Positions 35,560 to 48,373 of a stretch of DNA of 64,000 nucleotides are shown here, piece after piece. Origin of the DNA: Vicugna vicugna. Its lineage: Eukaryota. Positions within the stretch are counted from its first letter, which is position 1. Every line of letters begins with the position of its first letter. A program made the position numbers and the translations under genes. Under the pieces are notes generated by a model that made no database searches, had not been told where the DNA came from, and worked only from the letters and a program-made list of their open reading frames with translations. Location: NCBI GenBank assembly GCA_013265495.1, contig MU057880.1, positions 186,001 to 250,000 on the forward strand, given 5' to 3'.

Positions 35560-35695
35560 AACGTGTGCTGTTTCTCAGGCACTGGGCTAAGGGCTTCATT
35601 TACATGGATTATTTAATTCTCACGATACTCCATTGAGTTTTACTGTCACTATTCCTGCTTTATAGATGAGCAAATGAAGACAGAGAGGTAAATCT
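35560..35695 (-). mobile_element. MIR fragment
   Basis: CAGGCACTGGGCTAAG..ATTTAATTCTCAC..TTTATAGATGAGCAAATGAAGACAGAGAGGT. Confidence 0.75.
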
Positions 35696-37130
35696 GATCA
35701 TCGACCCAGAAATGCAATGCCATTAGCCATTTTTCCTGTGAAAGAGTTGTCAGCATTTCATTTGACACTTAGAAAGGACAAGAGTCAATGTGTACAAGTC
35801 AACTACGTCAACTTTCATAAGCCAAAGTCAGATTTGTTATATTTTAGAAGTTTTATTCAGTCCTGAAGGCCGGTAGACACTTTTCTTTGGTGTTCAAGTT
35901 TCAACTGTTTTGCACCAAGGAATCAACACATTAGTTTAAGAAATATACACACCATGTTACTGAATTCAAACCATTTTTATCATCAGTTATTTGCAACTGT
36001 ATAAGGGGAACTGGGCTTTTGAAAATGTGAACAGTACTTCAGTGACTTGTGTGTTTAAATATTTTTACAAAATATTGAAAGTAAGTGATGAGTTATGGCA
36101 TAGCGGTCCCTATCATGATCTGGAAAAGCTCTTGGTTAAATAAAAGCGCGTGTGTTTGGCTTTTCCCAGGTGTGAAATTTAATCTGGAGTTATCTAAGAT
36201 TCTAAAAACTAAGTTGACCTCAAGAGATACATTTCTGTTATCTTACTTACACACACACACACAAATCCTTAAATTTTCTAACCCTAAACATCCCAGCAGA
36301 AGGTCTCAGCAGGGTGCTTCATGCCACGGACCACGTATTTGACCTTTGGGCCTGTAGAAGAACAAGATGTATGAGGTCTAAGAACTTGCTTCACCTGTAC
36401 ACCTTTATCATCAAAACTATGGATGAACCCCACCAGAAACTTTGAGTCAACCTGCTGTTCAGTGAAAATGAATTATGAATGAGTTTGTCAGTAGTTGAGA
36501 ACAAAACATACATCATGGAATGTAAGTCAACCAGTTATGTTGTTGTCTAATTCTCGATTAATATTTTTAAAAGGGCATTTGACTACAATGTTATAGTTGC
36601 TGCTCTATTCAATCATCTGTATGTTACTGAGACAAATACATTTTTTAGTTTATCTTTATCGTCGTCTCTTCCCTTCTTACACGTTTCGTCAGGAGACCAA
36701 AATCCTCCTCGGTTTCATTCAGCTCAGCTGAAGCCCTTCCATCTGTTATGGCTTTAAAATACTTCAAGTGTATTTCCATTCAAGGTCAAGACACAGCAGA
36801 ATGATATACCTCTGCCATTCAGTTTTTAAAAAGAGAGAGAAAGAAAGAAACGGCATATCACGTTTCTATTGTCAGGTGCTTTCAGTGTGATGAAAACGTA
36901 TTGCACACTGGTGAGCTTCAAAAGGTCACCGAATAGAAGGCTTTCTTCTTCCCTTTTTCCCATTTCACATGCCACTGCAAGCTCATAGCATTAAGCTTCC
37001 AGGCAGGGCACCTGATTCATGGACTCCTGCATTTCCTCTCTCCTTATCATTCATTCCTTTATTCAGAAAATTCCAAACCAGAGTCAGATAATCAGCAAAT
37101 GAGTTCAGTAGGGAGAAGCAAAGCTACCAT

Positions 37131-37335
37131 TTCTATTTTTATTTTTTACTGAAGTCTACTCAGTTTACTGTGTTGTGTTAGTTTCCAGTGTACAGCATCA
37201 TGTTTCAGTTATACATATATACATACATATTCTTTTTCAGATTCCTTTCCATTATAGGTTATTCATTTCTTGTCCTATACAGTAGGACCTTGTTGTTTAT
37301 CTATTTTATATATAGGAGTTTAGTATCTGCAAATC
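37131..37335 (-). mobile_element. Short L1 3' end
   Basis: Poly-T, CTGAAGT..GTTGTGTTAGTTTCCAGTGTACAGC..CAGTAGGACCTTGTTGTTTATC. Confidence 0.88.
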
Positions 37336-38319
37336 ATTTTATGCAAACCATGCTTATGTGTCTGAGTTTTAACAAGAGCTTCAACTCCACAAAAAATCAA
37401 TTAACTTCATCATTATATTTTTTTCTCTCTCCATGCTCTCAGGTCCCAGCTTAGTGAAAGACAAGAAATAACAAAGCATTTCATGGGAGAGTTAGTTCCC
37501 ATTTTTGCTTTGCATCTGAAAGCATATGCAAGAAGGTTGGATAAGCATTTGAGGCTGGAGGTGGACAGAATGGCTCACATCACACTCTTGAAGCGTTCCG
37601 ATGCTAAACCACCCTCAAACATCCTTTGATCTGACGTGGCTCAGAAGCCCTTGTTCCCTTTTTCTACACGCAGTCACATTTTATCCCGGGCGCTCTGTGA
37701 ACTGCTCATCCGGCTCTTCGCAATACCTCCTGGAAATGAAAGGAAGCAATTGACTTTTCCACGAGTCGGGCTGCCATCTGTTAAGGGCAGATCTCCAAAT
37801 CTGCTTCAGAAGTCAGCTTCCTGCTTCTTGCGTTCTTCCCCGAGCTTAACTGGAGGCATTAACCCCGCTGTGGGGCTTCATGGCTTCCACCTGATAGGCT
37901 GCCGGGACAGAACAGGAGAGCAAGAAAGCGAACGACTGCTTTCCCACGCAGCAGGGAAGTGGATGGAGTCCAAGTGTGAGAAAACTTCCCCGGTCGGCTG
38001 GACCATTCAGATCCAGCTAGAATACTTTCTAATCATCATGAGAACAATTACCATTGTCATATTCAAACCATGCACGACAGCACTATCCTTTTGCTATAAA
38101 CTCTCTGTTGGCCACACTGTAACTAGGAAACCATCTACTCTAGATTTTCTCCCTCACTGCAGATGACCTCTGCAAAGAGAGGAAAACCTGCCCTGGACAG
38201 CCCTGCCTGGAAAGGCAACAGGACCCCCTCGGGGCAGAGGTACCGTCATCTGACATCCAAGTGCCCCTGAGGTGGCTTTAGCTTTGGTTCTACACTATGA
38301 AATCTTCCGATTACTCTAT

Positions 38320-38418
38320 TTGCTTTGCTTTCTTTCTTTCTTCCTTTCTTTCTTCCTTTCTTCCTTTCTTTACTTCTTCTTTCCTTTCTTTCTTTCTCCC
38401 TTCCTTTCTTCATTTTCT
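38320..38418. repeat. (TTTC/TTCC)n low-complexity polypyrimidine tract
   Basis: Direct inspection. Confidence 0.9.
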
Positions 38419-39141
38419 GAAACACTAAGAGGGTGGGAGAGCAACTGAGATTTCAAAGGGCATAAATATTTTATCTCAATAAGACAAGTCACAATTCATT
38501 TGCCTCATTTCACTCATTATAGCTATGAATGTCAGCACACCTCATCTTTTAATTTTTGAAACAAAGAATTCAACCTGTAAAATGCCTGAAGCATGGCGAT
38601 GACCTCCACGTGCATAAAAAGAGGTTTAATACCACACAGCAGCAGTTCTGTGAGTACCATATACTTTTTGCTTTTTCAACAAAACTCATTAACGTGGCCC
38701 GAGAGAAGGCATGCTGAATTAGTAAAATATTTAATAGTAGCAGACTGTTTCTAAAGAAATGCCTGTTCCGTGACTTCTAAGGAATAACGTGACTAGAACT
38801 AAACTAATAGAAGGTTGCTTAATGAAATTTCTGGCTTTATTGAACAGATATGATTTCCCACCAGCATATCAGTTGTCTAGAATGTAAATATTTACTCCTA
38901 ATGTGCTTAAGGAAGCTTACAAAGTTTATTGACATCACATAGTCAACAAATACACAGTTAGAGACAGCATAAAGAAAAACTCCGGGATGGCCTCCTTCAA
39001 TAATTAAAAAAATCTGACAGGGTCAGTGTCAACAAACCTCAGCCCACGTTTTTTGGAAGGGACTGAGCTAAGACTGGAGATGCAAAGAGTCATAGGAGAT
39101 AAACCTCTCCAGTGTAACCTAAGATTTCTACAAGGACACAC

Positions 39142-39892
39142 CGCATTAGTCAGCGTTCTCCAGAGAAACAGAACTAATGTGATATAGAGAAAAACAAATT
39201 AATATGCATACAGAAAGATTTATTATATGTTAATTATTGTATACTAACTATACAAATAATATACTATGTATGATTAGTATATAATTATACATTGTATCAT
39301 TATAATAAATATTAAACATTTATTAATAACATGTAATTATGCATATATATAGATATATTAAAAAAATAGATTTCTTATAAGAAGTTGGTTAACATGATTT
39401 GGAGGCTGAGGAGTTCCACCACGTGTAGTCAGCCAAGTGGAAACCCCAGAGAGCCAAGGGTATAGTTCCAGATGGAGACCAAGGGCACAAGAAACAAGAG
39501 AACCAGTAATGCAGTTTCAGTCCAAGACCAAAGGTCTCAAAACTAGGAAAACCAGTGATGTAAGTTCTAGTCTGAGTCCAAAGACCCAAGGACAAGGAGA
39601 GCCAATTGTATAAGTCCTAGCCCAAGGGCAGGAGAAGACCTATATTCCAGCTCAAGCAGTCAGACAGAGAGCAAATGAATTCTCTCTTCCCTAGCCTTTT
39701 TGTTCAACTTAAGTCCTCAACTGATTGAATGATGCCCACCCATTTTGGAGAAGTCCATCTGCTTTACTCACTCTACACATTCAAATACTAATCTCATGCA
39801 GAGAACCCTCAAAAACACACTCAGAAATGCTTAACCAAATATCTAGGCTCCTCATGGCCCAGTCAAGTTGACACACAAAATTAACCATCACA
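39142..39892 (-). mobile_element. MLT2-type 3' LTR of ERV-L
   Basis: ATTAGTCAGCGTTCTCCAGAGAAACAGAAC and GGCCCAGTCAAGTTGACACACAAAATTAACCATCACA termini. Internal AT-rich expansion at ~39210-39365. Confidence 0.93.
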
Positions 39893-40255
39893 AGTCCACC
39901 CCCTGTCAACCTGACACCCATATACATAACCTTAAACCATACTTAATTTCCAAATAAAAACAATAGCAAGGTCATAATTCCATCTAACATGATACAACTA
40001 AAAACACACTAACCCCTTCCCCAGGAGAGAAAGTAAAATTCTTAAGCATTGTTTAATCTTCCCATCAATATCTCATAACTTAAATATCATGATGTAAAAT
40101 TAACAGTACTTAAACACCATGGTATGATATCAATATATCTCATGTTACACAATAAGATGACAAGGGAGGAAAGAAAATAAAAATACTATGAATATATTTG
40201 TGTGATATATATACATACATATATATATATTANNNNNNNNNNNNNNNNNNNNNNN

Positions 40256-40312
<57 letters not shown>

Positions 40313-41518
40313 TAAAATACATGTAGTGGGACTACATTCTTCCATTACTCAATCCATGTTCCCTCGGCCTTTAGCAAGCATCTCACATGGTCATGGTTGT
40401 AAAACTGATGAGCTGACCTAAACCTTTATTCCTGAAGAGTTGAGACCAATAGTACTGCTGCCTGGCTTGGGTTGTAGTTTTCTCTGGACCTCAGTCACAG
40501 GGCGTGGCGATACTAAGCAATGTCCTAAGGGATCTGCTGTATTCTTCCTTATTTCCACTGTGGAGTAGTCATCCAATTTCCCCTCCGTAGTCAAGAGCAA
40601 TCCCGCAGACAACACAGCATCTCCCTTCTTTGCTTGTTGGTTCAGAGGCGTCACGAGCCCAGAGTGGCTGGGTAGCAGTCTCACCTTCTTGTTCAGTGGA
40701 ATCATTGTGGTGTCTCCTGGTGGAAGCACTTCTCCCTCTGGAACTAAGATCTCTAGGCCAGCATCCAGTAGGGCATAAAGTTGAGGGAACAGAAAGCTAA
40801 CGTTTTGCTAATGGTTTACTCAGGTTAATAGTGAGTGGCACCACTCCAGTTTCTACTCCTTGATTCTTGGACCCCAGGAATCTTAGGTACAAAAGAACAA
40901 ACACCACATACTGGATTCTGATTCAGAACACACACTGCCTTCTGGAACGGTTTGCCCAAAACTATAAGGTATTGCCACCCAGCTGGCACTGCAACTGAGT
41001 CTTCAAAAGGCCACTCCAGCATTCTCTCAGATTGGCTGCTTCAGGATGGTGGGGAACATGGCAAGACCAGTGGATTCCATGAACACAAGGCCCATTGCTG
41101 CATTTCATTTGCTGTAAAGTGAGTTTCGTGATTGGAAGCAACACTGTGTGGAATACCAGAATGATGGATAGGACATTCTGTAAGACCACCAATGGTAACT
41201 TGGCAGAAGCATTGAGTTTAGGGAAGGCAAATCTATATCCAGAGTGTCTATTCCGGTAAGAACAAAACACTGGCCTTTCCACCATTGAAGGGTCTAATGT
41301 AATCAGTCTACCACCAAGTAGCTGGCTGATCACCCTATGGAATGGTGCCATACTGGGGATTCAGGGTTGGTCTCCTCTGCTGATAGATTGGACACTTAGC
41401 AGTGGCCATAGCCAGGTTGATCTTTCTGAGTGGAAATCTATAGTGTTGAGCCCAAAAATAAGTTCCATCCTTGCCACCATGATCACTTTGTTTGTGAGAC
41501 CACTGGGTGATGACCAGG
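39893..41518 (-). mobile_element. ERV-L internal fragment: decayed integrase and dUTPase, polypurine tract
   Basis: Peptides HGGKDGTYFWAQH..CPIYQQRRPTLNPQYGTIP (integrase zinc finger), GIHWSCHVPHHPEAANLRECWSGLLKTQL (integrase core) and LPPGDTTMIPLN..LNQQAKKG (dUTPase). PPT-like GACAGGGGGTGGAC abuts the LTR. Confidence 0.95.
40205..40305. repeat. (TA)n microsatellite containing an assembly gap (23 N, 40233-40255)
   Basis: Direct inspection. Confidence 0.97.
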
Positions 41519-41524
41519 ATGAAC

Positions 41525-41990
41525 ACCAACATGGGATGAAGCTTGAAGGCATTATGCTAAGTGAAATGAGTCAGACAGTGAAAGAGAAATACCATATAAT
41601 CCCACTTCTAGGTGAAATCTAAAAACTGAACTCACACAAACAGAGAACAAATTTGTGGTTGCCAGGGGTGGGGGTGTGGGATAGAGGTAAAGGGGGTCAA
41701 AGGGTACAAACTTCCAATTATAGGATGACTAAGTTCTGGGGATGTAATATAGACCATGGTGACTACAGTTACTATCTTGCATATTTGAAAATCACTGAGC
41801 AAGTAGATTTTCAGTTTTCAACACCAACAACAAAAAAAAGTAGATCTATGGAGATGATGGATTAACTTATTGTGGTATCAGTTTTGCAATATACACATAT
41901 ATCAAATCAATGCATGTACACCTTAAACTTACAAGTGTTATATGTCAGTTATGTCTCAATAAAGCTAAGGAGGAAAAAGAAAGAAAGAAA
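41525..41990 (+). mobile_element. L1MA/L1MB-type 3' end
   Basis: TTGAAGGCATTATGCTAAGTGAAATGAGTCAGACAG..GTACACCTTAAACTTACAA..TCTCAATAAAGCT plus A-rich tail. Confidence 0.9.
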
Positions 41991-42164
41991 TTACCTAGAT
42001 GCCCAAAAACAAGGAATTAGCCAAGTAAACTATTGTACAACCATACAGTGTTAAAAACATAATTCAGCCATTTAAAAATAATGTTATATAAAAACATTCA
42101 GTGGAATACATGTTTATAAGTGTTGTTGCAGAAAATAAAGCAGAATATAAAAACTACATGTATA

Positions 42165-42297
42165 GGGGGAAGGCATGGTTCAGTGGTAGATTGTATGCCT
42201 ACCATGCATGAGGTCCTAAGTTCAATCCCCGGTACCTCCATTAAAAATTAAATAAATCGTAAACTTAATTACTTCCCCCAAATATAGAAGGAAGTTT

Positions 42298-42333
<36 letters not shown>

Positions 42334-42385
42334 AACTCCAATAGATGCTTAGTGGTACAAAGAAAGTCTACTTGGAGATTGAGTG
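42165..42385 (+). mobile_element. Vic-1-like SINE with (CA)15 and a unique 3' extension
   Basis: SINE head and tail 42165-42300. Exact 16-bp direct repeat aaaactacatgtatag at 42150-42165 / 42386-42401. Confidence 0.92.
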
Positions 42386-43714
42386 AAAACTACATGTATA
42401 GAATTACCATTTTCACGTCAATGTTTTTCATATTTACATTTGTATCAACAAAAAATATTTCAATATATTAGTCTACGACATAAAAGTACCTGAAGTAACA
42501 ATGGTTAACTGTGAAAAGTAAATTTAAGATTATAGCTAGCAAATAATGGATCCTAAGTTCAAATTCATAGCTATCTGATTTAAAAATCCATAATTTATAT
42601 GGAATGCTATTATTTTAAGCATGAGAGCACACACTAGCAAGATTCTACTCCAGAGGCGTGTTTAGTAACGGAAAGGGTTATCAACAGAATCAGACCAAAG
42701 GCAGAAAAAGGCAACAAGCATTTCATGCCAATGTTCACTCGAGACACTTGTTGAAAATATCTAATGGTTTTTCAAAGTCCATCATTCAGCTCTCATAAGA
42801 ACCAAGTTGTCCTCATTTATTGGACTGTTATTTATGGTGATCAAGTTATTTTTAAAGTTAATTTCATCATTAAATAGATATATTTTCATTTATAAAAGCT
42901 AGAAAAATTACTCATTTGCTCTCCAGTGCACTGTTCAGTTCTTTTGAAAAAGATTTACCATGTTGGAGTTCATTAGAACAATAGTTTGAAAAGATTTCAT
43001 GGTGTGGAAAATAATTTCCGCCAATGAATTTGGGTCAGTAATTTCTCTTGAAATTAGATAAACCAGCATGACAATCAAGAATTAAACTGAGGCCAGCTTG
43101 CTCAAATTCAGTTTTTCCAAAGCAAAATATGGTATCGTACCAATCTCTGTTCCATCTGTATTATATATTCGAATGTAAAATCACCTGTTACATCAAAATC
43201 ATCTTGAACGCGCAGACTACCTAATTGTGTAGTTGAATTGTGATGAACTAGCTTTTGCTATATGAGTATAAAGTTACTCAACCTTGAACTGTTACCAGCA
43301 AACAGTTTTCTTAGGCTGCATCATTTGCCTGACTTCTACCCACAGTCCTGTATTATCAGATGAAATATCACAGGAAACATATCATTTCAACTTAAACAGG
43401 CAGGTGCTATTACTATTCTTCCCCTGGCAAGAGAAATTTGACCTCCTATCCACAAGTTTCATATCCCAGAGTGAAACATATTTATTATTTAATTTACAAT
43501 TAGACGACTTTAATGCTCTCCCTTGGCAGAGAGGACAACAAACTCTTCCATCAGTTACCTTAAAATTAAGCCAAGAAAAGAGGTTTTAGAATGAGAAGAA
43601 GAAAAAAAAAATAACTCTTCTCCATGTTTGGTTTGGAACTGATGATTTGGTACCCCCTTGAGGCTAGAGGGAAGAGAGAAGGAGATTGTGGCCATTCTTA
43701 CATTTATAACAGTC

Positions 43715-43905
43715 ACCATGAGCAAGATATTCATGTACTTTATATTGTTAAGTGTTCTTAAAACCCACTAAGGTAGCAATATAATTCTTAACTTATAGAC
43801 AAATAAACTAAGGGTCAAGAGATTAAATAATTTGTTGAAACTCATTCAGTAAGTGGCAGGGTAAGGATTCCAATACTTGCCTGACTGCATACTCATTCTA
43901 TTTCT
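43715..43905 (-). mobile_element. MIR fragment
   Basis: TTATAGACAAATAAACTAAGGGTCAAGAGATTAAATAATTTG..AGTAAGTGGCAGGGTAAGGATTC. Confidence 0.65.
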
Positions 43906-44654
43906 AATATTTCTTTATTCTGTCTCTTTAAATATATCTGCTTCTTGCCCTTTATCTTCCTTAGGTTCCCAAGATAAGAACTGCAAAGACCTCTTTCCTG
44001 GTAGCTGCACAAAGGTAAGAAAAGCCTTAACTTAAAATCATCAAAAGTAAGAATCTAACTATTACACTATCTTAAACCTGAGGCAGGGAACTTCATACCA
44101 CGTTAAGCAGTGTCATTCTTCAGTGATGAAATGAATTAATTCTCAAAAAGGGGTTAGGGTCTCAGATACTATTTTTAAGTCCAAAGAAAAACATACTGCA
44201 GCTTGATGAGAAATTCTGGATCTTCATTGGACATGACAAAGATTGATAAATTTTATAACAGATCGTGGAGTTACAATAGACTCTAAGCCAAATGAATATA
44301 TATGAAAATATATATGAAATACATATATATGAAAGCTGGGGCAAGATTTGTTTTATTTACTGCAAATTCCAAGAACCTAACATTTTAATAACAATTACTT
44401 CATAAATATTTCTTAAATGAAAGTTAAATATTTTCCCTAATGCTAAACCTATTTATAACTTTTAGAGATTTTGTTTTATACTGTTCCAAAGTAAATGATT
44501 TCTTTTGGAAGAAATCATTAATAACTAGAAAGAAGATTAGTTCAGGAATCTTTCAGGAGGACTATCATATCCAGTATTTGTAAGCAAGTTTAATTCAAAT
44601 TAGCCACCCAACCCTCACAAAAGACAAGTAAATTTCTGGACAAAATATGGAGGG

Positions 44655-45460
44655 AAAACTACAATGAGGTATCACCTCACACCAGTCAGAATGGCCATCA
44701 TTCAAAAGTCCACAAATGACAAATACCGGAGAGGCTGTGGAGAAAGGGGAACCTTCCTACACTGCTGGTGGGAATGCAGTTTGGTGCAGCCACTGTGGAA
44801 AACAATGTGGAGATTCCTCAAAAGACTAGGAATAGACTTACTGTATGACCCAGGAACCCCTACTTCAAAAAGACACCTGCACCCCAATGTTCATAGCAGC
44901 ACTATTTACAGTAGCCAAGACATGGAAACAGCCTAAATGTCCATCAACAGATGACTGGATAAAGCAGATGTGGTATATTTATACAATGAAACACTATTCA
45001 GCCATAAAAACCAACAACATAATGCCATTTGCAGCAACATGGATGCTCCTGGAGAATGTCATTCTAAGTGAAGTAAGCCAGAAAGAGAAAGAAAAATACC
45101 ATATGAGATCACTCATATGTGGAATCTAAAAATAAATAAATAAATACTAAATAAATATAAAGCAGAAACAGACTCATAGACATAGAATACAAACTTGTGG
45201 TTGCCAAGGGGAAGGGTTGGGAAAGGACAGACTGGGATTTCAAAATGTAGTAGATACTGACAGGCATATGCAGAATAGATAAACAAGATTATACTGTATA
45301 GCACAGGGAAATATATACAAGATCTTATGGTAGCTCACAGCAAAAAAAAATGTGACAATGAATATATATATATTCAGGTATAATTGAAAAATTGTGCTCT
45401 ACAGTGGAATTTGACACAACATTGTAAAATGACTATAACTCAATAAAAATCTTAAAAAAT
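44655..45460 (+). mobile_element. Young L1 3' end (ORF2 C-terminus plus 3'UTR)
   Basis: ORFs [32 protein letters not shown] and [23 protein letters not shown] core atatggaggg at 44645-44654 / 45461-45470. Confidence 0.96.
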
Positions 45461-46959
45461 ATATGGAGGGGAAAAAAGCATTAAAGAACTTAAAAAGGGA
45501 GTGAGGATTAACTGAGCCAAGATACAGATAAATAAGGAAATCTAGAGAAAGGGATTCTACCTTCTGGGAGATTTTTGTTCCAGAAGCAATTCCAATCCTA
45601 AAGAGTTGACCAAGAGACTGAAGAGTATTTTTAAATCCAAGACACAGTAAGACTAAGAGAACCCTAATGAGGCAGAATTCACCTCAAATTTCCCTCTTTT
45701 CTGCAACTGTATCATGTTAAAATAAGTAGCCTTTTAAGTAATAAGTTTGAAAACCCACTTCCACTGTATGATTCGTACTCATTGTTATTTTCAGGTAAAA
45801 CATTTCAAAATATTAAAAAACAATCTCTAGTAGCTCTTTTGGGATTCTCAATATGTGTTAGCCAGTTTAAATTCTCTTTTTTAGCACTAAAAAGTCAGTT
45901 GCTGACTTACTTTATAAGACATGTGATACGTTGTTATGAGGCATGTGATACATCCTTAATAAATACTTTCTGTTAATACCATGCTGCCAAAAATGGAAAA
46001 TGAGATAGCCAATTATATTCAATTTTCTTCTAATACACACTTCCATAAATGTGTCAGGACATATTTACATACTTCAGAAAATATATTATACCACTAAACA
46101 TTCTTGCTTTGTATAATAAATCTGTATGATACAATTGAAAAAAATTATTTTAAACTCTTGATTGCATTGTGAACTATTACAACTTTTCCATGATGTATGA
46201 GATATTAAATTTTTTCCAGTGCAAATGGTCTCCAGAATTTGATATTGATAAAGATAAAACCTGATGCATAATCTATTTCAATGACTTCAAACATCAAGCT
46301 GAGATTTCAGATTGGGTGTGTAAAAACTTCACTGAATTCTTTCTGAAATAAATCAAAAGCAAGGAAAGCAAGAGAGTAAAATGGAAATTCTGTATTAATT
46401 GTTACGAAGGAATACCCTTGACATCCATTTCAAAATAAATGAAGATGGGCTACTAAATGGAATACAAATTGGACCAATGGGAAGGAAAAAGAAAAAAAAG
46501 AGGACAAGATACTCACCACTGAAGATATCAGGTAGAGAGAAGCTCAAAACCAAGAAACCTAGTTTGAAACACCTATAACAGAAAGAATGCAACCAGTTAC
46601 ATCTGCTACCTTGCTTGAAAATGAACTTTCAGGGGAGAAAAAGACACATTCTGAAGACACATTGTTTGTAATTATGGTAGCAAGACAGAAAAGAAACCAT
46701 GAGTAGATGGAACTTATAGTTCCAGGCTTTGTCAGGTAAAAATCAGACAAGGACACACACACACACAGAGTTTTTTATCCTATAGAACTCCACTGAGATC
46801 CAGGGAGAGTTCCAGCTACTCCAGGCTAAGTCTGATTCCTCCTGTGTGCCATCTATTCTATAATAGCCAACTGAAGAGAATTCCAGTCATTAAAAAGTAA
46901 TGATTAATTGATAATAATAGCTAGCCTTAGAGATAAGCAAAACAACTTCAAACAAAAAG

Positions 46960-47900
46960 GTCACTGTCATTTAAGTATGTTTGAGAAGAATTAAGATGAG
47001 AGGGACTACAAGATTTATTTCTTATATCAATATTTGTTTTAAAGCTATAGTAAATAAAACTGTATGGCATTCTCTCAGAGGGACAAATGGACCAAGCCCA
47101 GAGCCAGTCCTACAAATACATGGAAACTAAACTTCTAATGGCGGTAACACTGACAGTATGTGGGTGATAGGGGAATTATTCAGTAAACTGTATGCAAATA
47201 ATTTTATAGAGGAAAGATGAAATCAGAATTTTGTATCATCTTCCACACAAAAATCAATGCCAGGTGAATTAGAGATTAAAATGTGAATTTCAAAGCTACA
47301 AAAACTTCCAGAAGAAAAAGCAAAGTATCTCTATTACACGAAGGTTAGGAAGAAATTTTTCAAAGAAGACCAAAAAATGCAAACTTTAAAGGAAAATATT
47401 GATACATAAGCCTTCATTAAAATTAAAATTATGTTTATCATAAACACAAGAGTGACTATGGAACCCACAAGCTTTGAGAAGTTAAATGTACCATAAAAAC
47501 TGGCTAAAGTTTAATGAAGACATAGAGAATGTCTCCAAGTCAATACGAAAATTGAAATTAAACCACTAGAAAATTTAGGGAGAAATTTAAGTATTAGCAA
47601 CTCCGGCCATTCAAATGAAGAGAAAATGAAAAAGGAAATAAACCGTTGAAAAGTGTTCAGCCTCATCGACAATCAGGGAAATACAAATCAGAATCATATT
47701 TAGACAACATTTTACTCTGATTGCAGTAACAAAATTTTTTAAATCTGATAGTAGTGTTGGCAAGAACTTAAGACCCTGAGAACTGGCATGCACTGCTGAT
47801 GGGAATGTAACCAGACACAACTACTTTTGAAATTAATTTCACATTCTTTGAAGTGATTCACACATACAATCAAGCAATCTCAAACTCAGGCATATACCGG
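46960..47900 (+). mobile_element. Decayed L1ME-type ORF2 fragment
   Basis: AAAGCTATAGTAAATAAAACTGTATGGCATT, CACAAAAATCAATGCCAGGTGAATTAGAG and TCAGGGAAATACAAATCA..ACTGCTGATGGGAATGTAA. Confidence 0.75.
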
Positions 47901-48373
47901 AAAGCAATGGATTTAGCTTTTCTTGCTGACATAGTCCCTTAATATTTCTGAAATATTTCTGAAAATGCTAAACCTTCTTGCCCATTTTTAAATTGATTAC
48001 CATCATTAATCAGAAGTTTTTATAGTCCCAAAGGTTGTTATTCCCAGCTTACTATAAATATAAGATTATTAAATAAAGCTGTTAAGTCTCTCTTTCTAAA
48101 TGTGTCTAAGGAATATAAGCATAATAATAAAATTTTTACCAACCATGTATTTTAAATGCATAATCAAGTTTTTATTTAACATTTTCAAATATTTAACATC
48201 TGTCCTTTTCCTCCTTGAATTCATATCTCTATTTCATCTCCCTCAAATAATTTTATCCTAATATTATCCTGAATATTTTATATTCAGAAGTCTCAGTAAA
48301 AAATATTATACCAATTTAGAAGATAAGAAGATAGTAAAGTGAATAAAAAGTAAACAAAAAGAAAAAGTATAGA

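Noticed and set aside
40233..40255. Run of N
   Set aside because: Assembly gap within a (TA)n repeat, not a biological feature.
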